Assembly: GCA_951406725.2 (NCBI GenBank)
Contig: OX597836.1
Coordinates: forward strand, 25,668,001-25,732,000
DNA from: Octopus vulgaris
Lineage: Eukaryota
Length of the DNA: 64,000 bases
Reading direction: 5' to 3'
Position 1 is the first letter of the stretch. Every line of letters starts with the position of its first letter. The position numbers were made by a program, and so were the translations under genes. A model generated the notes under the pieces. That model was given only the letters and a program-made list of their open reading frames with translations. It searched no databases and was not told the DNA's origin. Positions 56,112 through 64,000 of this stretch are shown piece by piece.

Positions 56112-56414
56112 GAGGCACATGGCCTAGTGGTTAGAGCAGCGGACTCGCAGTCGAGGGATCGCGGATTCGAATCTCAGACCGGACGATGTGTGTGTTTATG
56201 AGCGAAACACCTAAGCTCCATGCGGCTCCGGCAGAAGGTAATGGCGAAACTTCTGCTGACTCTTTCGCCACAACTTTCTCTCACTCTTTTCTCCTGCATC
56301 TTGCAGCTCACCTGCGATGGACCAGCGCCCCGTCCAGGTGGGTAACCTATACGCCAAGAAACCGGGAAACTGGCCCTTATGAGCCAGGCATGGCTCGTGA
56401 GGGAACAAACAATA
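56112..56414 (+). mobile_element. tRNA-derived SINE family C with 11-bp TSD
   Basis: A-box TGGCCTAGTGG, B-box GATTCGAATC and a V-domain-like CCTGCGATGGAC...CCCGTCCAGG segment. The TSD GCGTATAAGTG lies at 56101-56111 and 56415-56425. Confidence 0.85.
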
Positions 56415-57345
56415 GCGTATAAGTGACAGAAATCACAACATTGCCTCTGAACTGAGCAAGAGTCCGGCCCAGGTTTGCTCATTTACAATTGAGCAGATTG
56501 TAGTAACGTAAAATAAAGTGTTTTGTTCAAAAAACACAACGTACCGCCCGGTTCGGGAATCGTAACCACGTACTTGCAGTTCTGAGTACAACAGACTTAC
56601 CACAAGACAACACGAATTCACCCAGAAGAAAAAAGTACCCAATATATAAACTAGATTGTCAAATATTTACATTTCTTAAATAAAACTCTCTTACAGAACT
56701 GTTAATGTTTCCCTTTTCTAAAGAATTCACACTTATTCTTCTCTTCGAGGAGACAGTAATATTCCTTTAAGTACCATTCATCTCATAAAAGCAAATATTG
56801 TGTGGAGATATTTATTTTATGGACAAGAAGTAATGAAAAAATTAAAGTCGTTCCTTTAAAATAAATTGAACCGAGAGCGCAAAGGGACATAACTCATTGC
56901 TGCAAAAAAACATTTCGTTTGGTGCGCAACTGTTTTAGTCACGCTTTATAACACTTTTCTTTCCTTTTTTTTTACTTTTGTGTTTTTTTTATTTCTTTTT
57001 CTTTTTTTATATTCGACTGAGAATTTGTTATTTACTCGCCGAAACGAATCGAAAGACACAATCTTTGGTAATATGACGCTTTGTTTTTTTATTTTTACTT
57101 TTCTTTTACGTCATTCATTGAACGGACTGCGGCCATGATGGAGCACTGTCTTGACGGGTTTTGTCGAAGATTTTCGATTCTCAAATCGAAGGTGCTTTGA
57201 GTTTTTGAACCAAATACTTCACTTCACGTTGTTCCAGTCTGCTCGGCTGTAAATGGGTACACCCTGCAATGGACTAGGGCTCCGTTCGCGGAGGAGGGGG
57301 CGTGGCCCTGCCCCATCTATCCAGCAAGGTGGTAACATTCGAAAG

Positions 57346-57581
57346 GGCGGCGAGCTGGCAGAAACGTTAGCGCGCCGGGCGAAATGCTTAGCAGTAATTC
57401 GTCTGTTGCTACGTTCTGAGTTCAAATTCCGCCGATGTCGACTTTGCCTTTCATCCTTTCGGAGTCGATTAAATAAGTACCAGTTACGCACTGGGGTCGA
57501 TGTAATCGACTTAATCCGTGAGTTTGTCCTTGTTTGTCCCTTCTGTGTTTAGCCCCTTGTGGGTAGTAAAGAAATAGGTAT
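57346..57581 (+). mobile_element. SINE family B, full length, with 10-bp TSD
   Basis: GGCGGCGAGCTGGCAGAA head, GAGTTCAAATTC B-box and a conserved GCCTTTCATCCTTTCGG.GTCGAT..ATAAGTACC domain. The TSD CATTCGAAAG lies at 57336-57345 and 57582-57591. Confidence 0.9.
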
Positions 57582-58202
57582 CATTCGAAAGTTATAGTAA
57601 TGCGATTAATTGCATCGTGACCCGCGATGTATAACAACAGCCAATAGTCTGGTCGATATAGTGAGAGTGATATACAGTTACAGAAAAACTAAGATGAGAT
57701 GGTCACGGATAGAATGCCCATTAGGATGGATCTTAGACGATGAAGACAGAACTGGGGATAAAATACTAACAAATTACCATTAACCGCAACACTGACTCTA
57801 CTCTGTAAACACATAAAATAACCTGAACCAATAAAACATATTAGCGGCCATCTTGGATTATACAATACTTCTCAGACCACTCCTCTCACCCACTCTCTCT
57901 CTCTCTCTCTATCAATCAGTCTGTCAATCTTTCATCATTTTTTCATCTCCTCCTCCTCTTCCTTCTCTCTCTCTCTCTCTCTCGCTCTCCCATTCTATCT
58001 CTCTCTCTCTCACACACAAACACTTTCTCTCTCTTTCTCGCTCTCTATTTCTCTCGTTCTTCTCTCCTTCCTTCAGTTATTCGCTTCATTGCTCACTTCT
58101 GAATTATTCAGCTGAGCTATAACTGTTTTCTCAAAGTCATCTCATTATTGTTAATAAATTATAAAGTCTATTTTAAGGTATACGTACACACATACATACA
58201 CA

Positions 58203-58233
<31 letters not shown>

Positions 58234-58385
58234 GCACGCATACATACATACATACATACATACATACATACATACATACATACATAATACGTACGTACGT
58301 ACATATATATATAAGTATGTGTGTATGTATATTTGTGAATATATAGACATTTAAGCATAAAATGTTTGCCTACATGCATAGCGTA

Positions 58386-58466
<81 letters not shown>

Positions 58467-58547
58467 TGACAGATGAATAGAAAGAGAAAGTGATACAGAG
58501 AGAAAGAGAGACAGAAGCTGTCTATGTGCATGTGCCTTTATGAAAGA

Positions 58548-58583
<36 letters not shown>

Positions 58584-58700
58584 ACGTATGTATGTTTTTA
58601 TGTATTATGAGTAAATATTCGAATGAATATTCATGTAGATATTATTATCATTATTATTATTATCATTATTATTATTATTATTATCATTATTAGTATTATC

Positions 58701-58765
<65 letters not shown>

Positions 58766-58821
58766 CATTACTATTATTATTATTATTATTATTATTATCA
58801 TCATTATTATCATCATCATTA

Positions 58822-58897
<76 letters not shown>

Positions 58898-58943
58898 GGT
58901 GACGAGCAAGCAATAATGCCGTTATATGGTTAATCAATAAAAT

Positions 58944-59371
58944 TTTATAATTATTAAATGATTGTAATTGAGGGTACACCAAGTACCAGCTTGCTAGAAA
59001 TAAGAGTTAAGATTCTCAAACGAGCCACCAAACTCACTCAAGATAATAAGAAACCAACAGAAGTCGGGCAAACGAGCAGAGAAAGTTTAAAATCTTAACC
59101 CGGCTGAAGGCTATAGAATTAGGCAATAGATATACCTGTATAGATATACAGGTATATCTATTACATAATTCTATTAAAGGTATGTCTATAGCCTAAGTCT
59201 ACAGCTTCCAGGTGAGTTAAAATGTTAGATTTTTTCTCCTCGTTTACCCGATTTTTGTAGTTTTTTTATGATTTTCAGTGAGTTTGATGGCTTGTTTGAG
59301 TATTTTAGCACTTATTTCTAGCAAGCTGTAACGTCCTGTACCCTCTATTATAATTATTTATTAATTATAAA
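58944..59371. mobile_element. Long palindromic (foldback/MITE-like) element with a nested perfect hairpin
   Basis: The arms include GAGGGTACA...CAGCTTGCTAGAAATAAG and CTTATTTCTAGCAAGCTG...TGTACCCTC. An internal 18-bp perfect stem pairs 59125-59142 with 59145-59162. Confidence 0.75.
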
Positions 59372-59411
59372 GTCATATATATTTATATATATGTATATAT
59401 ATATATTTATA

Positions 59412-59482
<71 letters not shown>

Positions 59483-59527
59483 ATATTTCGGAATGGTCAT
59501 ATTGCCAGTTTAGCCAAATATTTAAAC

Positions 59528-59597
<70 letters not shown>

Positions 59598-59601
59598 AAG
59601 C

Positions 59602-59632
<31 letters not shown>

Positions 59633-60389
59633 TGTATGTATGTATGTATGTATGTATGTATGTATACGTACGTATGTATGTATGCATGCATGCGTACATA
59701 CAAACTTGCTGCCAGTTCAAATATGATCGAGGCATGTTCGAATCCGTAAGAAACTCATTCACTATTTGGCCCAAGGGCAGCAATTTAAGAGGAGGGGTTA
59801 GGTCGATAACACCGACCTTAGTGTGCTACTGGCACTTATCTTATCGACTCTGGAAGAGACGAAAGGCAAAAGCAATCTCGGCGGAATTTGAACCCAGAAC
59901 GTAAAGACGGACAAAATGCTGTTAAGTACTTTGACCTTACTTTACCTCCACCTCCACCAACATTATTAATATAAAGTTATGTTAACCATTCTCATTTAGC
60001 CGGACTATAAACCCAACTTCAGTGGGGTGGGCACGACTGGATGTACCAGATTCAGCCCTCTAAACTTAACTAGGCACCACTCTGTTGCTGGTTGATCCAA
60101 CTTCCCAGTACTACCATGAAGCAACGTGAAATGAAGGAACTTGCTCAAGGCCATAACGCATCGTCTGGTCCTGGATTCGAACCTACTTCCCAAACCACTA
60201 CACTACGGGTACACGAGAAATTGCAAGATAATTATACTGCTGATTCATAGCAAGATTACCCGGATTAGGTATTGGGGTGGATGTAATCGAGGGAACCATC
60301 TGGAACATTGTCCTCCCACCCTCCAGCATGGCCGCAGTGAAATGGTACAAAGCCAGCAGAATAAATGTGGACATCAAAGAGAAACACCG

Positions 60390-60701
60390 TATATGTATGT
60401 GTGTACGCATGTGTGTGCGCACGTATGTGAGTGTGTGTATGTATGTATGTATGTATGTATGTATGTGTGTATGTATGTATGTATGTATGTGTGTATGTAT
60501 GTATGTATGTATGTATGTATGTATGTATGTGTGTGTGTATGTATGTATGTATGTATGCATGTGGGTATGTATGTATGTATGTATGTATGTGTGTATGTAT
60601 GTATGTATGTATGTATGTATGTGTGTATGTATGTATGTGTGTATGTATGTATGTATGTATGTATGTGTGTGTATGTATGTATGTATGTATGTATGTATGT
60701 A

Positions 60702-60732
<31 letters not shown>

Positions 60733-60907
60733 ATGTATGTATGAATGTATGTATGTATGTAATGTATGTATGTATGTGTGTATGTATGTATGTATGTAAG
60801 TGTGTATGTATGTGTGTATGTATGTGTGTATGTATGTGTGTATGTATGTATGTATGTATGTATGTATGTATGTATGTATGTGTGTATGTATGTATGTATG
60901 TATGTAT
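60390..60907. repeat. (TATG)n/(TG)n compound microsatellite
   Basis: Read directly. It represents dozens of AT, AC, ATAC, ATAG, AAT, GAT and AAC tracts throughout the window, for example 44840-45395 and 40596-40880. Confidence 0.95.
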
Positions 60908-61365
60908 AAGCTGATAATTCAGAAATCGTTCCAGCGAGTCTTCCGTTTCCGATATCCGCTCGATTATGATCAATGAGGCAAAAGGAAAAATCTATATGAG
61001 CGACTATATAGAAAATCTTTCAATGTCATAATCATTTCTTTATTGTATGGACTTTCTGGTGGGAGCATTTCCGTTCAATCTTATCCGATAATAAACTGAT
61101 GTTTGTAGAGAAATGAGATCAAGAGGTCCACATTACTTGGGAGGAATATATTTTACTTTCGACGCATTCTAAAAAGTGAAACTTCAAGTAATGTGCAGCT
61201 AAGTCAATCTGTTATTAAATATGTGTAATTTCCAGAGAACATGTCTAAGTCCACCTTCTTTTGTTTGCGTGCTCAATCGTGTGTCTGTGTGCGCATGTGT
61301 GGATGCGTATTCTTGTACGTGTGTGTGCGTGCAAGAAACCAAGCGAAGGAAGACATGTACTGCCC

Positions 61366-61447
<82 letters not shown>

Positions 61448-61513
61448 ACATTCTGGACTCCGACTGAAGAAGCAAATTGGCTGCAAATGATTGTTTTGAC
61501 GGTCGTACCTTTC

Positions 61514-61560
<47 letters not shown>

Positions 61561-61565
<5 letters not shown>

Positions 61566-61962
61566 TGGTCAGTAGTTTGCTTACCAGCCACATGGTTCCA
61601 GGTTCAGTACCACTACGTCGCACCTTGGGCAAGTGTCTTCTACTATAGTTCCGGGCCGACGAAAGCCTTGTGAGTGGATTTGGTAGACGGAAACTGAAAG
61701 AAGCCCGTTGTATATATGCATATCTATATGAATATACATGTGTGTGAGTTTGTGCGTCTGTGTTTGTACCCCTACCCCAACATCGCTTGACAACCGATGC
61801 TGGTGTGTTTACGTCCCCTAACTTAGCGGTTCGGCAAAAGAGACCGATAGAATAAGCATTAGGCTTGCAAAGAATAAGTCCTGGGGTCGATTTGCTCGAC
61901 TAAAGGCGGTGCTCCAGCATGACCACAGTCAAATGACTGAAACAAGTAAAAGCGTAAAAGAG
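61561..61962 (+). mobile_element. SINE family A
   Basis: Matches 21219-21632. The Tc1 element is inserted just past its tail. Confidence 0.85.
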
Positions 61963-62330
61963 TATATATACATATATATATGTAAATACAGTTGCGGCCA
62001 AAATGTTCAGAACGGCATTGTTTTCGTCAGAAAAGTAGATATAATTTTTTATCAAAGTTATTTTATATTCTATAATTTTCACAGACAGTAAATACGATAT
62101 TATTTGTTATTATCGGAGATTTTGGTGTAATTTGAGGGGATAATACAAAAGTTATGGATGATTTAGTGATTTACTGCAAAACCCATGGCGGCCAAAATGA
62201 TCAGAACGGTTGCTTTTACTCCGTGTTTTAGTATATCTAACCGGCGAACTCTAATGTTTTGAATTTGTTTACGTGACGGTTCGTTTACTAAACATTACTA
62301 AGAATATCTGCAGAGTACTTTGTTAATATA

Positions 62331-63545
62331 ATGCCACCTGTAGAAATGAGTTGCGACGTCACTGGTGCCAAGATGTATCGACCTTTGTCTTTCCCTTGGA
62401 TAACACTGGTGGCGTGGAGAGGGGAGGCTGGTATGCATGGGCGACTGCTGGTCTTCCATAAACAACCTTGCCCGGACTTGTGTCTAGGAGGGTAACTTTC
62501 TAGGTGCAATCCCATGGTCATTCATGACCGAAGGGGGTCTTTACCTTTACTCCGTGACCAATTTGTCAGCAGATTATTAAGCTTCGAAAGAAGGATAATT
62601 CAAGTATTGGGTCTATTGCAAAGATTGTTAACAAGTCAAAAAGTGTTGTTCTCGGTATTCTTAAGGTCTACGATGATTGTGGTTCGTGTGAAGCAAGAAA
62701 GTCTACAGGTAGGCCAAGAAAATGACCAAGAGAGAAGATCGTGCTATGGTAAAGTTGGTTAAAAAGGACAGGTTTAAAACTGCTGCTGCTGTTTCTCGGG
62801 AAATGAGCATTGTACAGAAGAAAACTTTATCTCGAAAAACTGTGTCTCGTCGTTTAGTTGAACATGACCTACAAGCAAGAGCACCTGCAGTGAAGCCACT
62901 GATCAGCTCCAAGAATAAAAAGTGTCGTCTTACCTTTGCAACCGAACATGTGTTGTGGTCTCAAGAAAAATGGCAAACAGTGCATTTCAGTGATGAATCT
63001 AAGTTTAAGTTATTTGACTCAGATGGGAAAAGGTACGTTCGTCGAAAAGTAGGTGAAAAATTGTCGCCTAAATGCCTTAAGACTAGTATTAAATTCGGTG
63101 GAGGAAGTGTCATGGTTTGGGGGATGATATATGGAGATGGTGTGGGCCCTTTGGTGCGATTACATGGAAAGGTAAATGCAGGAGTTTATAAACAACTTGT
63201 AAAAGATCATGTCTTGCCTGTGCTGAGAAATTCAACTAAGCGACCACCCATATTCATGCAGGACAATGCCCCATGTCACAAGGCTAAGGTTGTCATGAAC
63301 TTCCTCAAGGCTGTAAAGGTTATTGTTATGCTCAAAGCCCAGATCTCAATCCTATTGAAAATGTGTGGAATATTCTAGGAGAACATTCGAAAGCCAGAAA
63401 TCCTAAAACAACCGAGCAATTATGGAATGCCGTTCAGGAAGAATGGAATAAGATCACCCAGCAAGAAATTGAAATTTTAATTTCCTCATACAGTCGAAGA
63501 TGTCAAAGTGTGATCGAAGCTAAAGGGCTTCACACTAAATATTCA
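62331..63545 (+). pseudogene. Tc1 DD34E transposase pseudogene
   Basis: Paired-like N-terminus (QQIIKLRKK...SIAKIVNKSKS...GRPRK) with a 1-nt frameshift near 62720. The ORF at 62722-63378 carries FSDES, GGGSVMVWG and MQDNAPCH. An apparent ~10-nt deletion removes WP before QSPDLNPIE, and restoring it gives D-34-E spacing. The C-terminus is IEAKGLHTKY. A ~210-bp insertion follows the putative ATG at 62331. Confidence 0.9.
62338..62550 (+). mobile_element. 5'-truncated SINE or retroposon 3' fragment nested in the Tc1 transposase
   Basis: This GC-richer block interrupts the transposase. It starts CTGTAGAAATGAGT (compare CAGCTGGCAAAAATGAGT in the SINE at ~48433) and ends in a short TTTACCTTTAC repeat tail. 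No TSD is visible. Confidence 0.6.
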
Positions 63546-64000
63546 ATAATTCCAGTATTCTCTGTCATTTTTGATTATTTTGTTATTTTTTCAACCGTTC
63601 TGATCATTTTCACCGCCATGGGTTTTGCAGTAAATCACTAAATAATCTCTACTTTTTGTATTATCCTCTCAAATTACACCAAAATCTCAGACAACAACAA
63701 CTAATATCGTATTTATTGTCTGTGAAAATTATAGAATATAAAACAACTTTGATAAAAACTTATACCTACTTTTCTGACGAAAACAATGCCGTTCTGAACA
63801 TTTTAGCCGCAACTGTATATATATATACATATATGTTCATGTATGTAGAGTTATATGTATGTTGGTGTGCGTATGTACGTGTGTACGAGGGAAGAGGTAA
63901 ATTCACATGAAGCAGCGTTGAAGAAATAACATTCACTCGAGAATATGGCCATATTAAACATGCTTCAATACACTCAGGAGTGGGAAGATTTTCTCATGTG

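Larger units (their letters stand above)
61989..63815 (+). mobile_element. Tc1-family DNA transposon, IR/DR type, full length but defective
   Basis: TA|CAGTTGCGGC...GCCGCAACTG|TA termini. The imperfect TIRs are about 224 bp (61989-62212 and 63592-63815), each with outer and inner direct repeats (GCGGCCAAAATG[T/A]TCAGAACGG at 61994 and 62188). A Tc1 transposase lies inside. Confidence 0.95.

Noticed and set aside
56112-56185. tRNA gene calls for SINE heads (also 21219, 48304, 57346)
   Set aside because: A and B boxes are present, but there is no complete cloverleaf and each continues into a SINE body and tail.

Overview
Eukaryotic, AT-rich DNA saturated with microsatellites. The SINE and Penelope repeat landscape suggests a coleoid cephalopod such as Octopus, which is an inference. 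Almost all ORFs in the supplied track are simple-repeat artefacts. The only host coding signal is one well-supported minus-strand exon (30567-30670) of an ankyrin repeat and death domain gene (ANKDD1A-like), plus a candidate upstream 44-nt exon, so most of the window appears to be very large introns or flanking DNA. The rest is mobile DNA: a full-length but inactivated IR/DR-type Tc1 (DD34E) transposon (61989-63815), deleted mariner and DD41D-like elements, MITEs, two non-autonomous Helitrons, at least three tRNA-headed SINE families, CR1 and Penelope (GIY-YIG) remnants, and a 13 x 104-bp tandem array. The most notable hidden signal is about a dozen type I hammerhead ribozyme motifs on both strands. 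Several have intact catalytic cores (best 40105-40181 minus; also 14561-14655, 33295-33389, 11876-11969 and 31612-31646). They sit in small palindromic or retrozyme-like units. All folds were read by eye and none has been computed or tested.
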